NCBI GenBank assembly: GCA_043804515.1 | Contig: JAZDIZ010000017.1 | Span: 1 to 38,953 of the forward strand | Source of the DNA: Pseudomonadota bacterium | GTDB taxonomy: Bacteria > Bdellovibrionota_G > JALEGL01 > DATDPG01 | Length of the DNA: 38,953 nucleotides | Direction: 5' to 3' | In this document: positions 28,040 through 37,514 of the stretch, piece after piece | How the letters are laid out: each line of letters begins with the position of its first letter | Numbering within the stretch: position 1 is the first letter of the stretch | Position numbers and translations under genes: made by a program | The notes under the pieces: model-generated | Databases searched by the model: none | What the model was told of the DNA's origin: nothing | What the model saw: the letters and a program-made list of their open reading frames with translations, nothing else

Positions 28040-30073
28040 ATGATGGAGCTCGTCCAAACCAACCGACGCCGGTCCCCTCGTTTTTCGGCTTCGCACAAGA
28101 TCCCGGCCCAGCTTGTGGTCAACGGCCGGCTTTTTGACGGCACTGTCTTTGACTACGGCGTTACGGGCCTGGCCCTCAGCGTTCCCAAGGCCGCCGCGAC
28201 TAGCGTGGAAAAAGAAAAGGCCGAGGTCGAAGTTCTTCTTCAGGGCCTTACACTCAACGGCCGGGTTCGTCATTCGCGGACACAGGAAGAACGAGCCGTC
28301 CTGGGTGTGGCGTTCAACGTTCCCGGCGACGGCGAGGAAGTCAGCTTTACATCCGACGATCCGGGTTGGGACTTGATTGAAAATAAAGAAACGATCGATC
28401 AGATCTTTCGGGATGTGACGTTCAAAGGTCCGGAAGTCCAAATTACGGTCCGGCAGATTCAGGGACTAGCCGTGCTCTTGCCCGAGAAGCTCAGCGAAGA
28501 TGGGAAAGTCATTGCTGAGATCTTCGAAGCCAAGCGCGGAAAACTCACTGAAGGAAGAGCTTCATTTCAATTCGAAATGTTTCAGACGTGCCATGCGTTC
28601 GAATCCAAGCTCACGCCGATTGCAAACAATCGCGTCGAGATCGAGATCCCGAAAACACTAGCCCGGCTTCTAAGGCGTGAGACGTACCGGGTAACAAACG
28701 GAACGAACGCACGTTTTCTAAAAATCCGGATGTCGAGCCAGCTTTTGGGCAGTCCCGCCGAGGAAGTCAAAGTCTACGATTACAGCGAACATGGGATTTC
28801 AGTGATCGATCCCACAGGGTGGGCCTCGGCCCCCGTCGGAACGCCGATTGAGAACATCGAAATCACGACCAACGAAGGCAAAACGATTCGCGGTCGCGGA
28901 ACCGTAAGAGGCTTCCAGTGGATCAAAGCTGAGAATGCCTACTCCGTCGGGATTCAATACGAGACCTCTTCCGACCAAGACCGCACGGAATGGCACAACA
29001 CGATCTTGGAGGCACGATACCCAGCGCTCGCATTACGATACAGAGCCGAGCACCACGAGCAGATTTGGGGCCTTTTCGACCGAAGCGGCTATTTGGATTT
29101 GAAGCCACGCGAGGCGTTCACTCATGTGTTTGACGTTACAAAGTCCACATGGAAGAAATTGTCCGCAGCGGGAACGAAAATTTCCAAGCGAGCCGTAATT
29201 GAGGTGGACGGAAAAGTAGTTGGTCACCTCCAACTCGACCGGATCTACCCCGAGGCCTGGTGCGCCCATCACCTGGCGATCGATCCAAAGGTGTCCAAGG
29301 TGGTTGGACGAGAACTTTATTCCTTAACAACGGATGTTCTAGAGGCGGAGGGAGGGGGCTTTATCTTCAGCCTGACGGAAGCGGCCAAGCCTTGGAACCA
29401 GCGAAACTATTATGACTTCGTAAAGCAATACCGATTTCCGGAGCACAACGAACTGAAGATCTTTCAGGTCTATGAAGCAGACACACGCGCACCATTTAAA
29501 CTTGAAGTTTCAAAAGACGTAGAAATTCGAGCGGCACAGAAATGGGATCTGAAACGAATTACTCGATTCTTTCAACTGTATGGTACGGAGCTGGAACGGG
29601 AAGCATGCGGCCTTAATCAGAAGAGTCTTCTTCTTCAGGATCTCAACGCAGAAGTAGTGGGGTTCGGGCTAAATCGGGGTCGCGAATTCCTGGTGGCAAC
29701 CTCCGGTAGTCGATTCTTGGGGTTTGCCCGGGTCGAAACGGGCACAGCAGGCGTAAACATTTTTGGTTTGCTGGACATGCTCTATATTCACTTGATGCCC
29801 GACCTGGGATCACAAGCGTCGCAGGTTCACGAGAGCCTCGTATTCGCAGGATTAGCCCGGTTCAAAGAACTGGGAAAGGATGACGTCATTGTGGCGCTGG
29901 ATGACAACCGAGCGAAGTATTACGCCGATCGCGGCCTAGCCTACATTTGGGATGGTGTTCGATGGATTGGGCGATGCGAAGCTGCACGGCGATACCATGC
30001 GTATACACAGATGCTCTATGGGCACCTACTGACGAAACGAGCACAAATTCGAGGACATTCCGAGCGAAGCTGA
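28040..30073 (+). CDS. Tandem PilZ domain protein with C-terminal GNAT-like domains
   Basis: RRSPR...DYGVTG and RETYR...DYSEHG PilZ motif pairs; VVGHLQL...HHLAIDP...VGRELY and IRAAQKWDL...FLGFARV acetyltransferase-like segments. Confidence 0.65.
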   Translation: MMELVQTNRRRSPRFSASHKIPAQLVVNGRLFDGTVFDYGVTGLALSVPKAAATSVEKEKAEVEVLLQGLTLNGRVRHSRTQEERAVLGVAFNVPGDGEEVSFTSDDPGWDLIENKETIDQIFRDVTFKGPEVQITVRQIQGLAVLLPEKLSEDGKVIAEIFEAKRGKLTEGRASFQFEMFQTCHAFESKLTPIANNRVEIEIPKTLARLLRRETYRVTNGTNARFLKIRMSSQLLGSPAEEVKVYDYSEHGISVIDPTGWASAPVGTPIENIEITTNEGKTIRGRGTVRGFQWIKAENAYSVGIQYETSSDQDRTEWHNTILEARYPALALRYRAEHHEQIWGLFDRSGYLDLKPREAFTHVFDVTKSTWKKLSAAGTKISKRAVIEVDGKVVGHLQLDRIYPEAWCAHHLAIDPKVSKVVGRELYSLTTDVLEAEGGGFIFSLTEAAKPWNQRNYYDFVKQYRFPEHNELKIFQVYEADTRAPFKLEVSKDVEIRAAQKWDLKRITRFFQLYGTELEREACGLNQKSLLLQDLNAEVVGFGLNRGREFLVATSGSRFLGFARVETGTAGVNIFGLLDMLYIHLMPDLGSQASQVHESLVFAGLARFKELGKDDVIVALDDNRAKYYADRGLAYIWDGVRWIGRCEAARRYHAYTQMLYGHLLTKRAQIRGHSERS

Positions 30074-30098
30074 CTAAGATTTTCCGCAAGGCGGACGA

Positions 30099-33000
30099 AT
30101 GAGTCTCTTTTCCAGAAGCCGGCGGCTTGAGCTTTTATTCTGGATCTCGCTCGTCTCAGTCTTTGCACCGGTTGCACTCGATTACTCCTTTGGCACAAAG
30201 CTTGGAGCTTCATTACCGATCCGGTTGGACGGGGATCAGGTTTGGATAGCGCACGCTCTTGACGAACCAAACGGAAAGACGCGTGAGATTCAACTTCCCC
30301 AAGACATTCGCCGGGATCCTTTACTTTCTGCGAGTCGGTCATGGCTCTTTTCAACCACCCTAGACGTGGCAAAGATCAAGACATTGAAGAAACCGGCGCT
30401 AGTTCTAGGGCGAATTGGGGATTCTGATGTTGTGCGTTTAGGAAGATGTGAGGTCGGCAGAACGGGAATCACGGAAGCGGGGGAACAAAACGGATGGTGG
30501 TGGGGGATTCTTCGCTACTATGACATTCCCGCCAACTGTGTGGACGAATTGCGAACGCCCTCAGCCGTCTTGAGCGTGGAAGTTCACAAGTGGGGAGGCC
30601 CATCCTTTGGCATCTTTGGTGGACCGCTCGGCATAGGTGAATCGGAGAGGGTGTTCAGATACGCGTCGTTAAACGAAATCAGCCGATTCGGTTCGCTTGG
30701 CGTGTTTGGTATTCTTCTCTTTTGGGCGGTGGGACTTTATTATCTTTTTGTTTATCTTCTCGCGCCTGGCCGCGCCTACCATGGGATTTTCGGTCTTTGT
30801 TGTATGGCGGTCGGGACGTTCGTGTTCATCACGAGCACGATCCTTTATCGATATACATCGAACAGCACGCTCGTAATGAAGTTGAATTTTCTCAGTGCTG
30901 CAGCGTCCTCGTATCTTCTTGTCCTCTTCCTCAGAGCACGCTTCGGCCTTATCAGGCGATGGATAATTTGGGCCGCGGCCATCGGAGGTGTTCTGGCTGG
31001 GGGGATGGGGCTCCTTCAAGGGACTCTTGATGGCGTCTACTCTGTGTACGAGAAATGGTTCGCATTCTTTCTCGTCGTGTACGTGCTTGCTTATTTCGAA
31101 TTCCTGATTGCGACGATTCGCAATCGGCGACGAGACACGTGGATCTATCTGGTTGGGTTTTCAATTCTTATCTTAACGTGTCTGCACGACATTATCGTCA
31201 CGTATCAAGGAGCGGATCGGCCGTATCTTATTTCAAATGGCTTTGTGATCATTTTAGCAGCGGTCGCTGCAGCTTTGGCCAAGGAGTCTGCAGACGCTTA
31301 TCAGCACGTGGAAGAGCAGGTATCCGAGCGCACAAAAGACCTGGGCACGGCGTTAAATCAGCTCCGCGCGCTGGAAAAGATGAAGGAGCGCTTTTTCGCC
31401 AACATTTCGCACGATTTTAAAACGCCCGTGACCGTGGCGTTGGGATCGATCGAGGACGCCAAACGAGCCCCCGCTGAAGGAGGCGGCAAGGCTGTGGCAC
31501 CGACGCTTTTGCCTGCGGAGCGGAGCCTGCATCAGCTTCTCGGGATGATTCAGGACCTTCTGGACACGGTCAAAGCCGAGTCGGGGACACTTAAGATGCT
31601 CTGGGAGACGGCCAAACCCGCCGAGCTTTTGCGGGAGTGGATCCAACCGTACGAAGTGCTTTGCGAGCGAAAAGGGATCACGCTGGAGCTGGACGTCTCC
31701 GGGTGCGGCGAGCTCAAAGTACCGATGGATGTCTCGAAACTCCGCCGGGTGATCGACAACCTGCTCTCGAACGCCGTCAAGTTTACGGATCGAAGACAGG
31801 ACGCGAACCGGCGAAATCATCCGACGGGAATCGTCCAAGTGACGCTCCGCACGGACGATGCGCGGTTCTATATCGAGATTTCGGACAGCGGGATCGGGAT
31901 ACCGGAAGACGAGAAAGACAAGATCTTCGACCGGTACTACCAGTCCTCGCGCACGTCGCTCAAGGATCATGGCGGCTCGGGAATCGGTCTTTCGTTCGCG
32001 AAGGAAATGGTGGATCTCCACAACGGTACGATTTCCGTTGTGAAGAGCGATTTTGGAGGCGCGAAGTTCATTGTGGCAATGCCTTTGGCCCAGGATGTGG
32101 AAGTGACGGGCGAGCACGAAGTGATGCCGGGAATCGCCGACGAGGTATTGCGCGGTTCTTTGGACGTGGCGTATCCGCCCGAGCAGCCCAGGAAGATCGA
32201 TCCGACGCGGCCGACCGTCCTGTCCGCCGAGGACAATCCGGAAGTGGCGCAGATTCTGGTGACGGCGCTGCAGGATGAATTCAACGTCTATTTCGCGCCG
32301 AACGGCCAGAAGGCATGGGAAAAATTACGGGCGCAGCCGTTCGACTGTCTCATTACCGACATCGTGATGCCGCAAATGCGCGGGGACGAGCTGGTGGAAA
32401 AGATCCGGGCAGATTCGAAGCTGGCGGGGCTTCCGGTCATCGTCGTGAGCTCGCATCAGGAGGAAACGCTGACGGCGACGGTGCTCAGGTCCGGTGCGAA
32501 CGATTATGTGAACAAACCGTTCAACAGGGACATCCTGCTGGCGCGCGTGCGGACACAGATCGAAGCCCACAAGACGGCGGACTGGATCGCGAAAAACGAG
32601 AAAGTGATCGAGCTGGGCTTTTTGGCCGGCGGGATGGCGCACCAGATCCGGAACGGCCTGGCCAATTTGAAGAACCAGGTGGAGGCGCAACAAAAGATGG
32701 CCGACGAGCTTCTGACGCTGGCGAGCGAGATGCCGGCGGAGCGGAGGGCCAAGATCGAAGAACGCCTCAAGAAATCGCAAGGCGGAATCGGACGGGCCAC
32801 CGATCGGATCGAACGGCTGACCGATGCCGTGAAAACGTACAGCACCGGCTCGGTCCAGCAGACGTTGATCAACCTGAAGGACAGCGCCGACCTCGCTCTG
32901 GAGCTTCATGCCGACTTGATCAAAAAGCGCGCGGTCCGGGTGGAGATTTCGGGCCTGGAAAACATTCACATCCAGGGATACTCCGCGTTTCATGAGGTTT

Positions 33001-33365
33001 TTGTGAATCTGATCGGAAACGCCATAGGAGCCGTGAAAGACGACGGAAGCGGCGTGGTCCGCGTAGTGGGAAAGGACTTGGGCGAGGAAGTCGAGATTAC
33101 GGTTTCCGACAACGGGATGGGGATCAAGCCCGAGATTCTGCCGCGACTTTGCCGGCCGTTCTTCACGACAAAGACGCCGGGAGAAGGGTGGGGGCTGGGG
33201 CTTTACGTCGTCCGGGACGTTGTGGAAGGCCAGCACCGCGGGAAACTCACGATCGCGTCGGAGGGCGAAGAGAAGGGGGCGACGTTCACAGTGCGCGTTC
33301 CCAAAAAAGCCCCCGAACCCACGAGTCAACCCGAAGTAATCATCCACGGCGTGACCGTCAGTTAA
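30099..33365 (+). CDS. 7TM-DISM-type hybrid sensor kinase (extracellular beta-sandwich, 7TM, HK-REC-HK)
   Basis: FANISHDFKTP, NLLSNAVKFT, DSGIGI, GSGIGL; REC AEDN..ITDIVMP..KPF; second MAHQIRN, NLIGNA, DNGMGI, GWGLGL. Confidence 0.9.
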   Translation: MSLFSRSRRLELLFWISLVSVFAPVALDYSFGTKLGASLPIRLDGDQVWIAHALDEPNGKTREIQLPQDIRRDPLLSASRSWLFSTTLDVAKIKTLKKPALVLGRIGDSDVVRLGRCEVGRTGITEAGEQNGWWWGILRYYDIPANCVDELRTPSAVLSVEVHKWGGPSFGIFGGPLGIGESERVFRYASLNEISRFGSLGVFGILLFWAVGLYYLFVYLLAPGRAYHGIFGLCCMAVGTFVFITSTILYRYTSNSTLVMKLNFLSAAASSYLLVLFLRARFGLIRRWIIWAAAIGGVLAGGMGLLQGTLDGVYSVYEKWFAFFLVVYVLAYFEFLIATIRNRRRDTWIYLVGFSILILTCLHDIIVTYQGADRPYLISNGFVIILAAVAAALAKESADAYQHVEEQVSERTKDLGTALNQLRALEKMKERFFANISHDFKTPVTVALGSIEDAKRAPAEGGGKAVAPTLLPAERSLHQLLGMIQDLLDTVKAESGTLKMLWETAKPAELLREWIQPYEVLCERKGITLELDVSGCGELKVPMDVSKLRRVIDNLLSNAVKFTDRRQDANRRNHPTGIVQVTLRTDDARFYIEISDSGIGIPEDEKDKIFDRYYQSSRTSLKDHGGSGIGLSFAKEMVDLHNGTISVVKSDFGGAKFIVAMPLAQDVEVTGEHEVMPGIADEVLRGSLDVAYPPEQPRKIDPTRPTVLSAEDNPEVAQILVTALQDEFNVYFAPNGQKAWEKLRAQPFDCLITDIVMPQMRGDELVEKIRADSKLAGLPVIVVSSHQEETLTATVLRSGANDYVNKPFNRDILLARVRTQIEAHKTADWIAKNEKVIELGFLAGGMAHQIRNGLANLKNQVEAQQKMADELLTLASEMPAERRAKIEERLKKSQGGIGRATDRIERLTDAVKTYSTGSVQQTLINLKDSADLALELHADLIKKRAVRVEISGLENIHIQGYSAFHEVFVNLIGNAIGAVKDDGSGVVRVVGKDLGEEVEITVSDNGMGIKPEILPRLCRPFFTTKTPGEGWGLGLYVVRDVVEGQHRGKLTIASEGEEKGATFTVRVPKKAPEPTSQPEVIIHGVTVS

Positions 33366-33371
33366 TCCAAT

Positions 33372-34061
33372 TCAAGCCGCTTTTCGTTCCTCCGGCCCGA
33401 CCCAGCGGAAACGGGCTCCGGGCCCTGCTCGGTGGAGGCGTTCAACCAACCCGGACCGGACGTAATCCCGAATGATGGGATGGAGGCTCGACGCCGCCAC
33501 GTGAAGTCGTCTGGCAAGTTCATGAAGGGAGATTGCCCCGGCATCGGGCAGAACCGCCTGAACGTCGCTCCGCAATGTCGGCCCATGGAGTGCGCGGTAG
33601 CGCAGGATCAACGACCGCTCATACACTCCTCTCGGCGGGAGAACGACGCCTTCCCGAATTCTTTCCCCGCGTGCGAGAAGAAATCCGTGCCTTAGAAAAG
33701 CCGGATCCGGATCTTTCTCGATGAGATCTTTAAGGACCTTGGGAAGGTTTGGATATAGATGCTCCGTCTTGGGGACTCGTCCCTTCACAATGAGCCGGCG
33801 AAGTTTTCCTTCGTTGCTCTTTGAGGCCTCAATAATGGCCGAGAAGAGCCGCCTCTCCCGCGTAGTCTCAAAATAGAGCTTTTTCGTGAGAAGAAGATGG
33901 CCGTACCGGGCGAGCCACGAGGTAACGATCTCCAGGAGCCGGCCGTCGCTCTCCATGTGGGCCACGGAGTCCATGATCAGGAGTTCCGGGTCCTCCAGAG
34001 GATCGATGTCGCCGACGACATACATTCCCAAAGAGGCCCAGCGGGAAAGAAGATTATCCAC
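33372..34061 (-). CDS. Hypothetical protein with C-terminal HTH, likely antitoxin partner of the upstream nucleotidyltransferase
   Basis: DPELLI...DGRLL...SWL; SLHELARRLHVAASSLHPII; overlaps 34054. Confidence 0.6.
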   Translation of the reverse strand: MDNLLSRWASLGMYVVGDIDPLEDPELLIMDSVAHMESDGRLLEIVTSWLARYGHLLLTKKLYFETTRERRLFSAIIEASKSNEGKLRRLIVKGRVPKTEHLYPNLPKVLKDLIEKDPDPAFLRHGFLLARGERIREGVVLPPRGVYERSLILRYRALHGPTLRSDVQAVLPDAGAISLHELARRLHVAASSLHPIIRDYVRSGLVERLHRAGPGARFRWVGPEERKAA

Positions 34062-34384
34062 GCTGCCTCTCCTTGAGTTCCGTTACAAGTTGATCGATCA
34101 GGCTGGGCCAGGCGGGATTCGCGTCGTAGTTCCGCGCCCAAACCCGGGCGAATTCCCATTCTTCATCTGTCGGATTGATCGCCAGGATGTCCTGAACATC
34201 TTTCTCCGCACGGCGATCGAACGCCGCCGCGATCTTCGTCGATATCGGCGGTCGGTCGTGTGCTGATCCCGGTGGCGATAAGATTCGCCCCACCGATGAC
34301 ATAGACCTCAAGCGGTTCGGACAATCGCCGGTCGAGCTCCTTGAGGAGGGCCAGAAGATTGAGCTTGGAACGGATAATCGACAT
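34054..34384 (-). pseudogene. DUF6036/AbiEii-like nucleotidyltransferase with internal deletion and frameshift
   Basis: Frame A ends VYVIGGANLIATGISTRPTADID; frame B resumes TKIAAAFDRRAEKDVQDILAI; junction near 34240. Confidence 0.7.
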
Positions 34385-34516
34385 ATTAGTATTATCCTAA
34401 TATCATTTTGGGGGCGCCGCAACTCTTGTAAGTATCTGCAATCATTTGAAATATATTCATAAAGGGGCCTGGCCTCATGATCGTTACCCAATCCACGCAA
34501 AAAGCGGGATTGTTTT

Positions 34517-34783
34517 CTATGCCACTTGTTTGAGGGAGATTTCGGGGAACATCAGTGTGGCCGGATGGACTCCCAAAGCCTTCGCGAGGGCGATGGCCCT
34601 TTGCTTGCCGAGCGAAAGGTGGCCGTTTTCCAGACGGCTGATGTTCGTGGCCGCGATCCCGGAGGCTCGGGCCAGTTCCGCCCGTGTCCATCCTTTGAGT
34701 TTCCGCAGCGTTTGGATCGCTTCCCCGTAGCTTATGCGAATATGCGGCGCCTCCAACTGATAGCCCCTTTTCCTTTTTGACAT
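34517..34783 (-). CDS. XRE-family HTH regulator (HigA-like)
   Basis: GEAIQTLRKLKGWTRAELARASGIAATNISRLENG...LAKALGV. Confidence 0.85.
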   Translation of the reverse strand: MSKRKRGYQLEAPHIRISYGEAIQTLRKLKGWTRAELARASGIAATNISRLENGHLSLGKQRAIALAKALGVHPATLMFPEISLKQVA

Positions 34784-34805
34784 CTCGAGGTCTCTCTATT
34801 GGTAG

Positions 34806-35183
34806 TCAGACCTTCGGTTTTTCGGTGGGGAGGGATTTGTCGTTCCAGCCCCGCCAGCCGCCGTCCATGGAAGAGACGTCCGTGTACCCCATCTTCTGGA
34901 GGTTGTCGGCGGCCAGGGCCGAGCGATAGCCTCCGCCGCAATAAAGAACGATCTCTTCGGACGCGTCGGGGACGAGGCGTTCAATGTCCCGCTCGATGAC
35001 GCCCTTGCCGATATGAATCGCCCCCTTGATGTGGCCGGTTATCCATTCGCCGTCCTCGCGGACGTCGACGAGAATGAATCGCTCGTTTCGTTCGATCTTC
35101 GCGGCCACTTCATTGATGGAAATCTCCGTGATCCGTTCTTTGGCGTCGGTGACGATTTTGAGGAATTGGGGCGTGTGTTTCAT
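34806..35183 (-). CDS. Rhodanese-like sulfurtransferase
   Basis: VDVREDGEW..GHIKGAIH...LYCGGGYRSALAA...SMDGGWRGW. Confidence 0.92.
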   Translation of the reverse strand: MKHTPQFLKIVTDAKERITEISINEVAAKIERNERFILVDVREDGEWITGHIKGAIHIGKGVIERDIERLVPDASEEIVLYCGGGYRSALAADNLQKMGYTDVSSMDGGWRGWNDKSLPTEKPKV

Positions 35184-35198
35184 GGCATCTCCTGAGTA

Positions 35199-35909
35199 TC
35201 AGTAAGGGAGGTTTTTGCCATCAAACCGAATGAAGGCTCCATTCTGCTCCGGTTTAAGCGACAGAATGCACTCCGTCATCTTCGACACGGACGTTTCGAC
35301 GTCCATCGGAGCTTCGGGCCCTCCCATGTCGGTCCGGACCCATCCTGGATGCAGGGCGACGGAGATAACGCCGTCGGCGGCGAGGTCGATCGAAAGGTTC
35401 TTGTTCAGCATGTTGAGCGCGGCTTTGGAGAGCCGGTAATCGTACGTTCCGCCGCTCTTGTTCTCCTCGATGGAGCCCATCTGGGACGTGATGTGGACGA
35501 GCTTCTTCTCTTTACCGGCACGCATCAGGGACCAGAAAGCCTTGCTGACGCGCAGCGGGCCCAGGACGTTCGTCTCATACGTCTTGTGCATCTGGTCGAA
35601 ATCCACTTCGGCCAGCGATTCACCGGTCTCCTTGGCATAGCGGCCGGCGTTGTTGATCAGAATGTCGATGTGGTCCGTGGAGCGAAAAACTTCCTTTCGG
35701 GCGTTCTCGACGCTCGCATCTGAATCGACGTCCATCGCGATCAAAAAAATCCGGTCCTCAAACTTCTTCTGAAGTTTCTTGAGGGCTTCGGCTTTTTCCG
35801 GATGGCGGGCGGCGGCGAATACCTTCAAGCCTCGCGACGCGAACTTTTCCGCCATTCCCAAACCCAAACCGCGGCTGGCGCCGGTGATGAGAACCACTCG
35901 ATCGGTCAT
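35199..35909 (-). CDS. SDR oxidoreductase (CsgA/C-factor-like subfamily)
   Basis: ITGASRGLG, LINNAG, YRLSK (YxxxK), LHPGWVRTDMGG. Confidence 0.9.
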   Translation of the reverse strand: MTDRVVLITGASRGLGLGMAEKFASRGLKVFAAARHPEKAEALKKLQKKFEDRIFLIAMDVDSDASVENARKEVFRSTDHIDILINNAGRYAKETGESLAEVDFDQMHKTYETNVLGPLRVSKAFWSLMRAGKEKKLVHITSQMGSIEENKSGGTYDYRLSKAALNMLNKNLSIDLAADGVISVALHPGWVRTDMGGPEAPMDVETSVSKMTECILSLKPEQNGAFIRFDGKNLPY

Positions 35910-35954
35910 ATCGGAGGTCGTAATCAAACCCGCTTCAAAAATCAACCCGCCTGT

Positions 35955-36419
35955 TCAGCCATGATGGTAAGGCGAACCAGCGCGAACCGAAAGCACGCGG
36001 TAAATCTGCTCGACGACCAAGAGGAGGGCGATCCGGTGCGGAAGCATGAGTCGGCTCAAAGACCAGAGAACGTTCGCGGATTTTCTGGCCTCTTCAGGCA
36101 GGCCGTACGACCCGCCGACGATGAACACCAAATTGGATTTCGATGAGCGCTCCGCCCGCGTGAGAATCCGGCCCAGATCCTCGGTCGAGAGATCCTTCCC
36201 CGAGGAATCCAGGAGAACCCGGAAGGCTTGGGGAGGTATTCGGGCCTCAATGTCGGCCCACGTGGCCGACGCCGTCTGCGGGGCGGACGGGCGGGATTTT
36301 TCCTTTATGCGGACAATCTCGACGCGGGCGTATTTTCGGGCGCGGCGTTCGTAATCTTCGACCCAGGCCTGTTCGTGCGCCGCGAGCGGCCGGCCGGCGC
36401 AGAGGATCCGGATCGTCAC
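35955..36419 (-). CDS. rlmH: 23S rRNA (pseudouridine1915-N3)-methyltransferase
   Basis: FIVGGSYGL...WSLSRLMLPH...VEQIYR...PYHH; GTGA overlap with rsfS. Confidence 0.92.
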   Translation of the reverse strand: MTIRILCAGRPLAAHEQAWVEDYERRARKYARVEIVRIKEKSRPSAPQTASATWADIEARIPPQAFRVLLDSSGKDLSTEDLGRILTRAERSSKSNLVFIVGGSYGLPEEARKSANVLWSLSRLMLPHRIALLLVVEQIYRVLSVRAGSPYHHG

Positions 36420-36829
36420 GAGCGGGCGCGGGCGGCCGAGGCGCGTTTTTTCGGCCGGCCCGTGAGAGCGGCCAAGGTCACGGTGGGTACGTGTCCCCAA
36501 AGTTTATCGAGGCAATAGTAGGAACGGACGGGCTCGTAGAAAATGTGAACGACGACATCCCCGAGATCCAGAAGCACCCACTCTCCGTTTGTATATCCCT
36601 CCGCGTTGGGCGTGGGACCGGGAACGGCCTCCCGAATGGCGTCCGCCAAGCCCTTGGCGTGACGCGTGGACGTGGCGCTCATGAGGAAGAAATAATCGGC
36701 GTAATCGCAATGGCGGGTGACGTTTAAAATCCGAAGATTGAGGGCTTTGTGGTCTTGCGCGGTCTCCGCGACCAAAAGCGCCTTACGGCGGGTCGGTATA
36801 AGGCCATCCTTCCGTGAAATACGCGTCAA
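36416..36829 (-). CDS. rsfS: Ribosome silencing factor
   Basis: DHKA...ADYFFLMSATSTRH...EG...EWVLLDLGDVVVHIF...RSYYCLDKLW; TTG start is uncertain. Confidence 0.88.
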   Translation of the reverse strand: MTRISRKDGLIPTRRKALLVAETAQDHKALNLRILNVTRHCDYADYFFLMSATSTRHAKGLADAIREAVPGPTPNAEGYTNGEWVLLDLGDVVVHIFYEPVRSYYCLDKLWGHVPTVTLAALTGRPKKRASAARARS

Positions 36830-36863
36830 ATATAGCTCCAATCCATACCGAAGGAAACGGGGG

Positions 36864-37514
36864 TCATGGGGCCGAGATCCGCACGGATTGAGGGGGCAAG
36901 GCCTCCACCTTGAACTCGATCCGGGGGGCAAGGCCGTCGGTTTTCTGAACGGTCAGGGAACCGCTCAGGGGAAGGCCGCTCGCCGGATCGACGCAGAGCT
37001 TACCCGCGGATTTGGTCCAACAGATCTGCGTTTGGCTGATTGTGCCCTGGCCGGGATCGGAAAACCCCGCCTTGGCGAACTCGTCGAACAGCTCGCGGAA
37101 AGCGTGGTCCAGCCACCATTCGAATTCTTTCTGGCCCCTCACGCGGCGGAACGTTTCGGCACCACCGCTCTTCAAATAGTACCGCTTCTGGACGCATCGA
37201 AGGACGACGGAACCTTTCGGCGAGAGCGGCTCGCGCACGAATTCGAAATCGCCGGACTCGGACACCGCGAGCTTTGTATGCCCCTCGATCGCGGCCGGCG
37301 CCTTGGCTCCCAGGTTCAAATGGGAAAATGACTCCATCCGGAACGTACCGAACGCCTCCTCGTAAAGATCCGCGGGATGTTGCGAAGTGAGAACGTTGCC
37401 GATCGACATGGGCTCGGGATGGTCGGCGTTGTCGGCGGCCGGGACCGTTTCGCGGTTGGAATGGCAGGCGGCCAGAATTGAGACCGCCGCTCCGGCCAAT
37501 AAGCTACGCCACAT
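36864..37514 (-). CDS. Hypothetical lipoprotein
   Basis: MWRSLLAGAAVSILAAC lipobox; overlaps the obgE stop. Confidence 0.7.
   Translation of the reverse strand: MWRSLLAGAAVSILAACHSNRETVPAADNADHPEPMSIGNVLTSQHPADLYEEAFGTFRMESFSHLNLGAKAPAAIEGHTKLAVSESGDFEFVREPLSPKGSVVLRCVQKRYYLKSGGAETFRRVRGQKEFEWWLDHAFRELFDEFAKAGFSDPGQGTISQTQICWTKSAGKLCVDPASGLPLSGSLTVQKTDGLAPRIEFKVEALPPQSVRISAP

Noticed and set aside
33372..33450. Apparent frameshift at the 3' end of 33372..34061 (LVERLHRAGPG...)
   Set aside because: The tail looks odd but cannot be judged without homologs.
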